Source of the DNA: Clostridia bacterium | Lineage (GTDB): Bacteria; Bacillota; Clostridia; Oscillospirales; CAG-272 | DNA length: 64,000 nucleotides | Direction of reading: 5' to 3' | Assembly: GCA_017462605.1 (NCBI GenBank) | Contig: JAFTQV010000057.1 | Coordinates: 662-64,661, forward strand | Shown here: piece by piece, positions 57,067 to 64,000 of the stretch | How the letters are laid out: every line of letters starts with the position of its first letter | Position numbering within the stretch: position 1 is the first letter of the stretch | The notes under the pieces: model-generated | The model's input: only the letters and a program-made list of their open reading frames with translations | Databases searched by the model: none | What the model was told of the DNA's origin: nothing | Program-made: the position numbers and the translations under genes

Positions 57067-57741
57067 ATGCTGCTTTCGGTCAGTATAATATATAAAGACA
57101 AGCATATATGCGTAATAAAAAAGCCCGTGGGAATGCCATCGCAAAGCGATCCCACGGGCGATACCGATGCGCTTACCGATACGAAGGAAGCGCTTGAAAA
57201 AGCATCCGATAGCTCCGCGCTCTGGCTTATCCATAGACTGGATAGAAACGTTGCGGGGCTTCTTGTATTTGCAAGGACGCGTGCCGCCGCAGCCGAGCTT
57301 TCAAGGCTCGTATCAGAGGGAGAAATGAATAAAAGGTATCTTGCCGTATGCGAGGGCAAGGGCGCTGAGGGTGAGCTATGCGATTATCTATTCAAGGATT
57401 CGATATCAAATAAATCCTTCGTCGTATCGGGAGCAAGGCGGGGCGCGAAGAAAGCGATAACCTATTCGTCTCTTTTAGGTGAGAGGGAAGAGAGATCGCT
57501 TTTGGAGCTTGATCTGAAAACGGGCAGATTTCATCAGATAAGATGCCAGCTTGCAAGCAGGAAAAATCCGCTCGTCGGCGATAAGAAATACGGAAGCCGC
57601 GATGCAGGAGCGAGGACGCCGGCGCTTTTTGCGTATCGACTTGGATTTACCGTTTTCGGTAAGAAATACGAATTTTGCGAAATGCCCGATAGCGGAGAAT
57701 ATCCGTGGTCGACTTTTAAAGAGGAGCTTGAAAAAATATGA
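57067..57741 (+). CDS. RluA-family pseudouridine synthase
   Basis: 224 aa. HRLDRNVAGLLVFART catalytic motif. Confidence 0.85.
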   Translation: MLLSVSIIYKDKHICVIKKPVGMPSQSDPTGDTDALTDTKEALEKASDSSALWLIHRLDRNVAGLLVFARTRAAAAELSRLVSEGEMNKRYLAVCEGKGAEGELCDYLFKDSISNKSFVVSGARRGAKKAITYSSLLGEREERSLLELDLKTGRFHQIRCQLASRKNPLVGDKKYGSRDAGARTPALFAYRLGFTVFGKKYEFCEMPDSGEYPWSTFKEELEKI

Positions 57742-58886
57742 AAACCGAGAAGCTGTATTATAAAAGCGCTTATATAAAGGAATTCACGGCAAAGGTCGTT
57801 TCGTGCGAGAAAAAGGGAGATGTATACGAGATAGTCCTCGATAAGACCGCCTTTTTCCCGGAAGAGGGCGGTCAGTACGCCGATAGCGGATATATAGACG
57901 GCATAAGAGTTCTTGACGTAAAGGAAAGGGCAGGCGTGATATACCACACCGCCGAAATGAGCATAGAGACAGATAAAGAGGTCGCATGCTCTCTTGACTT
58001 TGAGGAAAGGCTTGAAAAAATGCGCATCCAGTCCGCGGAGCATATTCTATCGGGCATCCTTCACACGCTTTACGGCATTGAAAATACAGGCTTTCACCTT
58101 GGTAAAGAGGACGTGACCTTCGATACCTCGCGCCCTATAAGTCGGGAAATGCTGAAAAACATCGAGAGGCTTGCAAATCTCGCGGTTATGAGAAATATGC
58201 CGATCACGGCTGAATTTCCGAGCGCCGAAGAGCTTAAAAATATGACCTACCGCTCAAAGCTTGACTTGACCGAGGACGTCAGAATAGTGACGATAGGAGA
58301 CGTTGACGCCTGCGCCTGCTGCGCGCCGCATGTGGCATACACGGGTGAGATAGGCGTGATAAAGCTTATAGACGCCGTCACTCATAGGGGCGGCAGCAGA
58401 ATAAGAATGCTCGCGGGCGAAAGAGCGCTTGACTATATCTCGTGTCTTTCCGACGAGGCGTCGCGCGTGTCCGTTATGCTCTCAGCGCCGGTGCTTGGCA
58501 TATCGAGCGAGACCGAGACGCTTCTCGGAGCGAAGGACGAGCTGAAATATAAGCTTTCCGAAGCCAATAAAAAAATAGCAAGGCTTCTTGCGGAGAGCCT
58601 TGCCGATAATATTAGTGTTGTTCTTACTCCTTTTTCGGATAAGGAATCCCTGCGCTTCTTCGTCAACGAGGTGACGGCGAGAAGAGAGGGAGACCTCGTC
58701 GCTCTTTTTGGAGAAGAGGGAAGATATACCTATCTTATACATTCCGAAAGAGAGAATTTCAAGGAATTCATTAAAGCAGCGAATGCAGCCCTTTCGGGTA
58801 AGGGCGGCGGCAAAGCGCCTGCCGCTGAGGGAATGTTCTCGGCGACCTTAGAGGAGATAAAAGCATACTTCGCTTCAACTCAATGA
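57738..58886 (+). CDS. alaX: alanyl-tRNA editing protein (AlaX-L type)
   Basis: 382 aa. Zinc motifs HxxxH (HILSGILH) and CxxxH (CCAPH), DHHA1-like C-terminus. 4-nt overlap with the upstream gene. Confidence 0.82.
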   Translation: MKTEKLYYKSAYIKEFTAKVVSCEKKGDVYEIVLDKTAFFPEEGGQYADSGYIDGIRVLDVKERAGVIYHTAEMSIETDKEVACSLDFEERLEKMRIQSAEHILSGILHTLYGIENTGFHLGKEDVTFDTSRPISREMLKNIERLANLAVMRNMPITAEFPSAEELKNMTYRSKLDLTEDVRIVTIGDVDACACCAPHVAYTGEIGVIKLIDAVTHRGGSRIRMLAGERALDYISCLSDEASRVSVMLSAPVLGISSETETLLGAKDELKYKLSEANKKIARLLAESLADNISVVLTPFSDKESLRFFVNEVTARREGDLVALFGEEGRYTYLIHSERENFKEFIKAANAALSGKGGGKAPAAEGMFSATLEEIKAYFASTQ

Positions 58887-58909
58887 GGTAAGAGCGCGAG
58901 ATATTGATA

Positions 58910-59410
58910 TTATACCTCGCCCGTATCGAAATTGACGATGATACTCTTTTTCTTAGGCATAAGCTTAGTCAGTTTAATTCCTGCCGCGGCGAGCATTCTT
59001 CTTGAATTCGCATCGGAAACGGTGTCCTTGTATTTATCCGAAAGGAAAATGACCTCGCGCACTCCTGCCTGAATTATTGCCTTTGCGCATTCGTGGCAGG
59101 GGAAGAGCGCAACGTAAAGTCGGGAGCCGAAGAGCGATTTTCCGCGCGTGTTCAGTATTGCGTTAAGCTCAGCGTGAACGACGAAGGGGTATTTTGTCTC
59201 GCCCTCGTCCGCGTTTCTGTTCCAAGGGAAGACGTCATCCGAGCAGCCCTGAGGAAATCCGTTGTAGCCGGTGGAAAGTATTCTGTTGTCCTCGTCAACG
59301 ATGCAGCAGCCAACCTGCGTGCTTGGGTCCTTTGAGCGCTGAGCGGCAAGAAGCGCAACTCCCATAAAGTATTCATCCCAGCTTATGTAATCATCTCTTT
59401 TTCCGACCAT
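58910..59410 (-). CDS. comEB: dCMP deaminase (ComEB-like)
   Basis: Start set to ATG 59410 (MVGKRDDYISWDEYFMGVA) behind AAGGAG. HAELNA and PCHECAK zinc motifs. Confidence 0.88.
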   Translation of the reverse strand: MVGKRDDYISWDEYFMGVALLAAQRSKDPSTQVGCCIVDEDNRILSTGYNGFPQGCSDDVFPWNRNADEGETKYPFVVHAELNAILNTRGKSLFGSRLYVALFPCHECAKAIIQAGVREVIFLSDKYKDTVSDANSRRMLAAAGIKLTKLMPKKKSIIVNFDTGEV

Positions 59411-59493
59411 GGCGAGACTCCTTTTTGTTTTTTGATTATTGTAGCACAAAATACAGATATTGTCAATAAAATTCTTAAGAGAAGGAATATTCA

Positions 59494-60393
59494 ATGTACC
59501 GAGAATGCAGACTCTGCCACCGCAACTGCGGAGTAGACAGAACCGTCGGCGAGCGCGGCATATGCAAAATGACGAGTGAAATATACGTTGCGAGGATAGC
59601 GCCTCATATGTGGGAAGAGCCGCCGATCTCCGGTAAAAGAGGATCGGGGACTGTATTCTTTTCGGGCTGCTCGCTCGGCTGCATATACTGCCAGAATAAA
59701 GAAATATCCCGAGGCGAGTGTGGCAGCATATATACAGAAGACGAGCTTGCGGATGCCATGATAAGGCTTGCGGGAGAAGGCGTGCATAATATAAATTTTG
59801 TAACCCCTACTCATTATGCGCCATCGGTCAAAAAATCGGTGAAAATAGCGAGAAATAAAGGTCTTATGCTACCAATAGTTTACAATACAGGCTCATATGA
59901 AACGCCTGAGACCGTCAGAATGCTGAAAGACACCGTTGATATATGGCTGCCGGATTTGAAGTATTATAAGTCCTCTACCGCAGAAAAATATTCATCCGCT
60001 CCCGATCTTGCGAATGCGGCAAGAGAGGCGATAGACGAAATGGTGAAGCTATGCCCCGAGCCTATCATTGATAGCGAGGGAATAATGCAAAAGGGCGTGA
60101 TCGTCCGCATACTTCTTTTGCCAATGCATATTGCCGAGGCGAAGCTTAACTTAAAGTATCTTTATGAAAAATACGGCGACTCAATTTACATAAGCTTAAT
60201 GTCTCAGTATACCCCAAGTGAGGGGTTGCCACCGCCGCTTGACAGAAGGGTGACGCGAGCTGAATATGAGGAGCTTATTGAATATGCCGAAAGGCTCGGC
60301 GTTAAAAACGCATTTATTCAGGAGCATTCAAGCGCGTCCGAAAGCTTTATACCCGACTTCAATATCTATTCTGATAGAAAAGGAAAAAAATGA
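59494..60393 (+). CDS. radical SAM protein, PflX-like (pyruvate formate-lyase activase homologue)
   Basis: 299 aa. N-terminal CxxC pair plus radical SAM CSLGCIYCQN. Confidence 0.8.
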   Translation: MYRECRLCHRNCGVDRTVGERGICKMTSEIYVARIAPHMWEEPPISGKRGSGTVFFSGCSLGCIYCQNKEISRGECGSIYTEDELADAMIRLAGEGVHNINFVTPTHYAPSVKKSVKIARNKGLMLPIVYNTGSYETPETVRMLKDTVDIWLPDLKYYKSSTAEKYSSAPDLANAAREAIDEMVKLCPEPIIDSEGIMQKGVIVRILLLPMHIAEAKLNLKYLYEKYGDSIYISLMSQYTPSEGLPPPLDRRVTRAEYEELIEYAERLGVKNAFIQEHSSASESFIPDFNIYSDRKGKK

Positions 60394-60394
60394 C

Positions 60395-61360
60395 ATGACC
60401 GAAAGCACGAAAATTATCTTTGAAAAATATGAAATAAGGAAGACGAAGCGCCAGAAGACAGCCTTTATCGACCACGTGACGGGATTCGCCGATAGCCTTG
60501 GCTATGAAGCTCACGTTGAGAAGGGAGAATTCGGAGCAAGAAATATAATCGTCGGCGATCCTGCAAGCGCAAAGGCTGTATTCACTGCGCACTATGATAC
60601 CTGCCCGAGATTGCCTTTTCCGAACCTGATAACACCAAGGAATATCTTCCTTTATATTCTGTATCAGATCGTCATAACTATCGCTATTTTCGCCGTCCCG
60701 ATAATAATAGGAGTCTTGCTTTATACTCTTCTGACCTCACTCGGCGTTAATGAGGAGATAGCGGATCTGATCTCGGATAAGATAATCGCGCCCTTGATCC
60801 TTATAGAATGTCTTCTCATCATGTTTGGACCCGCAAATAAGCATACTGCGAATGATAATACCTCGGGCGTCACCCTTCTTCTTGATATCATGACCGATCT
60901 TCCGATAGAGGATAGAGGCGCCGTTGCCTTCATTTTCTTCGATCTTGAAGAGGTTGGGCTCATAGGCTCGTCCTCGTATGGCGGCAAGCACAAAGCGGAT
61001 ATGAAGACCAAGCTCGTAATAAACTTCGACTGCGTCTCAGACGGAAAGACATTCCTCTTTGCTCTCAATAAAAAAGCAGAGGCAAAGAGAAGCCTTCTCG
61101 AGAGCGCGTATGCTCCCGAGGGCGAATACGAATGCGAGTTTCATTCGAAGGGCGTTATATATCCCTCTGATCAGATGTCATTTCCTCTCGGAGTCGGCGT
61201 TTCGGCTCTGCTTCGCACTAAAAAGGGTCTGCTTTATATGAATAAGATCCATACCCCGAAGGATACTGTCTATGATGAAGCAAATGTTTTATTCTTAAAG
61301 GAGCGCTCGATAAAACTCGCTAAGATGCTTTCGGAAGAAGAGCCTGCCAAAGCGGAATAA
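60395..61360 (+). CDS. M28-family metallopeptidase with internal TM segments
   Basis: Start ATG 60395 (MTESTK), 1 nt after the upstream TGA. Metal ligand pattern HYDT, NDNTSG, DLEEVG, FDCVSDG. Confidence 0.7.
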   Translation: MTESTKIIFEKYEIRKTKRQKTAFIDHVTGFADSLGYEAHVEKGEFGARNIIVGDPASAKAVFTAHYDTCPRLPFPNLITPRNIFLYILYQIVITIAIFAVPIIIGVLLYTLLTSLGVNEEIADLISDKIIAPLILIECLLIMFGPANKHTANDNTSGVTLLLDIMTDLPIEDRGAVAFIFFDLEEVGLIGSSSYGGKHKADMKTKLVINFDCVSDGKTFLFALNKKAEAKRSLLESAYAPEGEYECEFHSKGVIYPSDQMSFPLGVGVSALLRTKKGLLYMNKIHTPKDTVYDEANVLFLKERSIKLAKMLSEEEPAKAE

Positions 61361-61403
61361 AACGGAAAAATAGATATTTAGCTTTGAAAATGACGAAAAA
61401 TAC

Positions 61404-61432
61404 TTTACAAAATCGGAATTTTGTGCTAAAAT
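61404..61432 (+). promoter_or_regulatory. sigma-A-type promoter of the AraC-family gene
   Basis: TTTACA 61404-09, 17-nt spacer, TGcTAAAAT (61427-32). Confidence 0.5.
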
Positions 61433-61461
61433 AATTGAAAATACATTTTTTGGAGACTCAA

Positions 61462-62298
61462 ATGAATACGGATAATAAATTTCCCTTTGAGATGTACTCT
61501 CTTTCGGGCATGGGAACGCTCGTTGCCGCAAGATACAGCGAGAGCAAAATGGAGCTCGTCGAGGTTACGGCAGGTAAGGTAAGAATTCAGATCGGCACGG
61601 AGATGATAGAAGCCTCGGTCGGAAGCTTTGTCTATATTCCTCACGGCCTCGTCTTTAAGGTCGAAGCGGAGGAAGGCTACGCCGCAGTCCGCGGAATGAA
61701 GTTTGACCTCTCGATAATTGAATCCAATATGGTCAACTACGAGGCGGAGATCCTCTATATGTTCTATATCCAGTCGGAAAATAAGATAAAGCTCTTCACG
61801 TCCGAGCATCCCGTTCATAAGGTGCTTTCACGCTGCATGAGCGACTCCTACGAGGAGTACGTATCAAAGGACGTTTGCTATAAGCTCCCCATAAGAGCGA
61901 ATATTTATCTTTGCATGACCGCGCTTTTGCGCCATTATTGCGGAAATAAGGATGACTCCGAGCGCCTCGAGTATCACAACGTTCTGAGGCTTCGCCCCGT
62001 CATCAACTATATTTCCGAGCATTGCGCCGAAAAAATATACATAGAGCAGCTCTCCGAGATCATCATGGTCTCCCCCGATTATTTTACAAAAATGTTCAGA
62101 GACAGTATAGGAAAGACGCCGATAGGCTATATCAACGGTATTAAGGTAAACCGCTCGATGCAGCTTCTCATCGGAAGTGATAAATCGGTAGCCGAAATAG
62201 CGGATGAGATCGGCTTTTACAATGCAAATTATTTCCATAAGATATTCAAGCAATATATGGGCGTCAGCCCCTTGGCATATAGAAAAGCGAATAAATAG
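61462..62298 (+). CDS. AraC family transcriptional regulator (cupin plus HTH)
   Basis: Start ATG 61462 (MNTDNKF). C-terminal double HTH (YFTKMFRDSIGKTPIGY..., NANYFHKIFKQYMGVSPLAYRK). Confidence 0.85.
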   Translation: MNTDNKFPFEMYSLSGMGTLVAARYSESKMELVEVTAGKVRIQIGTEMIEASVGSFVYIPHGLVFKVEAEEGYAAVRGMKFDLSIIESNMVNYEAEILYMFYIQSENKIKLFTSEHPVHKVLSRCMSDSYEEYVSKDVCYKLPIRANIYLCMTALLRHYCGNKDDSERLEYHNVLRLRPVINYISEHCAEKIYIEQLSEIIMVSPDYFTKMFRDSIGKTPIGYINGIKVNRSMQLLIGSDKSVAEIADEIGFYNANYFHKIFKQYMGVSPLAYRKANK

Positions 62299-62319
62299 CC
62301 TCTATAAGTTAAAAACCTA

Positions 62320-62376
62320 TTGACATGTGGCTGAATTTGGTGTATAATTTAGTCACAGAGCATATAATATTATATG
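62320..62376 (+). promoter_or_regulatory. promoter plus 16-bp perfect palindrome (likely TA autoregulatory operator)
   Basis: TTGACA 62320-25, 17-nt spacer, TATAAT 62343-48. CATATAATATTATATG 62361-76 is a perfect palindrome between the -10 and the SD. Confidence 0.55.
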
Positions 62377-62388
62377 GAGGAACTAAAT

Positions 62389-62646
62389 ATGACGATTATT
62401 CCTATGCGTGATTTGAAAGATACAACCGAGATAGAGCGTCGCTGTGCAGAAGCGGGTGGCCCTGTATTTGTTACAAAAAATGGTTATGGCAGACTCGTTG
62501 TAATGGATATTGAATACTACGAAAAACTTATGGGTAAAATATATGAAGCCAAACTTGTAAATGAAGGACTTTCCGATATCGAAAACAATAAAACTGTTGA
62601 CGGTGACACTGTAAGAGCAAGGATGACCGAAAAGTATGGAGTTTGA
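62389..62646 (+). CDS. type II antitoxin, Phd/YefM family
   Basis: Start ATG 62389 (MTIIPMRDLKD...VFVTKNGYGRLVVMDIEYYEKL) behind GGAGGA. Overlaps the toxin gene by 11 nt. Confidence 0.8.
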   Translation: MTIIPMRDLKDTTEIERRCAEAGGPVFVTKNGYGRLVVMDIEYYEKLMGKIYEAKLVNEGLSDIENNKTVDGDTVRARMTEKYGV

Positions 62647-62962
62647 ATACTTATATCGATTTACAGAAAGAGCTGCGATAGATCTCGATGAGATTCTTAA
62701 ATATATTTCACTTGATTTAGGAAACCCAATTGCAGCCGGAAATTTCGGTAAAAAAGTTTTTGAAAAAATCGATATGATAAGGTTATTTCCGGATTCGTGT
62801 GAACGTGTAGATAATGAATTTTTAACCGATAAATCTTTGCGTAAATTATTGGTTGATAATTATATTATTTATTATAAGCCGAATTATATCCAAAAAATTA
62901 TAATTATAGTGCGTATTATTTACGGAAAACGCAATCTTGACGATGTATTAAAAAATATATAA
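62636..62962 (+). CDS. type II toxin, RelE/ParE family
   Basis: 108 aa. ParE-like pattern (AAIDLDEILKYI..., LLVDNYIIYYK..., IVRIIYGKRNL). Confidence 0.78.
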   Translation: MEFEYLYRFTERAAIDLDEILKYISLDLGNPIAAGNFGKKVFEKIDMIRLFPDSCERVDNEFLTDKSLRKLLVDNYIIYYKPNYIQKIIIIVRIIYGKRNLDDVLKNI

Positions 62963-62968
62963 CCTCAT

Positions 62969-63020
62969 CCCCATCAAGCCTTCTTTGTGCAGACAAATTG
63001 ACCTTGATGGGGCATTTTTT
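62969..63020 (+). terminator. rho-independent terminator
   Basis: CCCCATCAAG 62969-78 / CTTGATGGGG 63003-12, then CATTTTTT. Confidence 0.75.
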
Positions 63021-63105
63021 GTTTGTATATTTTCACCAAAAAAGTTTGGTTATTCTGAGACTTTACAATATATTTTAAATATGATAAAATAAAGTATAAT
63101 ATTTT

Positions 63106-63150
63106 ATGGGGATATCCCCATTATCTCTGCACACAAGGTGTGCAGAGATA
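63106..63150. promoter_or_regulatory. two adjacent perfect palindromes in the leader of the downstream gene
   Basis: ATGGGGATATCCCCAT 63106-21 (16-bp palindrome), immediately followed by TATCTCTGCACAC-aag-GTGTGCAGAGATA 63122-50 (13-bp arms). TATAAT at 63095-100. Confidence 0.5.
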
Positions 63151-63202
63151 AAAAGATTTTATTTTAAAATATTAAAAATCTTTCATAAAGGAGAAAAAGA
63201 AA

Positions 63203-64000
63203 ATGAAGAAATTGACCAAAGTCTTAGTTCTTCTCTTGACCGTTGCACTTCTTTGCACAGGTCTCGTATTCGCGATCAACGCAGATACCTCGGTAGCAAG
63301 CGTTAATTCCACCGATTACGATACTCTTGCGGATGCAATAGCCGCAGCAGAAGACGGCGCGACGGTAAAGCTAACGGCTGATGCTACCGTTGCGGACACC
63401 GTAACGATCGCAAAGAACGTTACGATAGACCTTTCGGGTCACACTCTTAATTCTACAGGAAGCCTCGCTTTTGAGGTAACCGAGTCGGTTAAGTTTGAGA
63501 TCGTCGGAGCAGGTAATATCAACGTAAAAGGAATGCTTTACAAAACCGCATCGGGGAAAGCTCCTGAAGTAAATCTTGCGGGTAAGGGCGAAGGAATAAC
63601 CCTCACTCAGGATAAGGCAACGGGCGATCCCTATATCACCTATACTTATGACGGAACGTTCCTTTACAAGAATCTTGAAGTTACCACCAATTATTCGGAA
63701 GCCGATGGTAATAGCGTATACGTCTCATTCTTCCATAGCGATACAACGGCAGACAATGCGCAGATAACCTTAAACGGCGTAGAGTTTCATGCTCCTGTGG
63801 CTGTTCCCAATGACCCCGGAACGTTTATTCTCGGCGCATGCGGAACTCAGTCTAAGCTCATTATCAAGAACTCCGCTCTTTATACTACCGCATCGGGACT
63901 CTATCTCGGTCATCTCGTTGCTCCCGATAACATAACCGCAGACGGCGTTGGAATCGAGACCACGATAGCTGAGATCGAAAGCTCAATTATTTCCGCTGTT
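63203..64000 (+). CDS. secreted beta-helix/adhesin-like protein (3' end outside window)
   Basis: Not in the ORF track because there is no stop in the window. ATG 63203 behind AAAGGAGAAAAAG, signal peptide MKKLTKVLVLLLTVALLCTGLVFA, frame open to nt 64000. Motifs such as GATVKLTADATV and NVTIDLSGHTLN are typical of right-handed beta-helix surface proteins. Confidence 0.7.
   Translation, partial: MKKLTKVLVLLLTVALLCTGLVFAINADTSVASVNSTDYDTLADAIAAAEDGATVKLTADATVADTVTIAKNVTIDLSGHTLNSTGSLAFEVTESVKFEIVGAGNINVKGMLYKTASGKAPEVNLAGKGEGITLTQDKATGDPYITYTYDGTFLYKNLEVTTNYSEADGNSVYVSFFHSDTTADNAQITLNGVEFHAPVAVPNDPGTFILGACGTQSKLIIKNSALYTTASGLYLGHLVAPDNITADGVGIETTIAEIESSIISAV

Noticed and set aside
60266-60394. 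Upstream extension of the M28 peptidase ORF overlapping the radical SAM gene
   Set aside because: It overlaps the 3' end of the radical SAM gene in another frame. ATG 60395 lies directly after that gene's stop and gives a compact coupled arrangement.
63106-63306. 66-aa ORF in the track
   Set aside because: It is out of frame with, and overlaps, the better-supported gene starting at 63203 (SD plus signal peptide). It also spans the palindromic leader.

Overview
Dense chromosomal segment with Clostridia-like (Firmicutes) gene content and strong GGAGG-type ribosome-binding sites. No rRNA, tRNA, CRISPR array or transposase was seen. Content in order: a BspA-type LRR surface protein; uvrB-uvrA-nrdG-dut; a Na+-decarboxylase beta subunit; an orphan 471-aa protein; threonine aldolase; rnfCDGEAB followed by NusG_II, Gx transporter, a lipoprotein and ApbE; a metallophosphoesterase; a ZIP transporter. 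Next comes a lone group-II-intron-like reverse transcriptase behind a structured ~210-nt RNA. It is followed by a 13-kb carbohydrate ABC locus (CBM-fused binding protein, two permease pairs, an NHL-Yip1 membrane protein, a 1269-aa secreted protein, no ATPase). Then a liv-type branched-chain amino acid (BCAA) transporter operon with an Ile/Leu-rich leader ORF and a frameshifted livF; a nine-gene aromatic amino acid operon on the minus strand; and a 1588-aa surface protein with a uL15-like cytoplasmic tail. The window ends with rluA-family, alaX, dCMP deaminase, a radical SAM protein, an M28 peptidase, an AraC regulator, a Phd/ParE-type toxin-antitoxin pair and a partial beta-helix protein. The best candidate for a new system is the orphan RT with its upstream RNA (21514-22952). 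Second-tier candidates are the liv leader attenuator, the ABC locus and the uL15-like tail. All calls come from reading the sequence and recalled family motifs. No database search was run.
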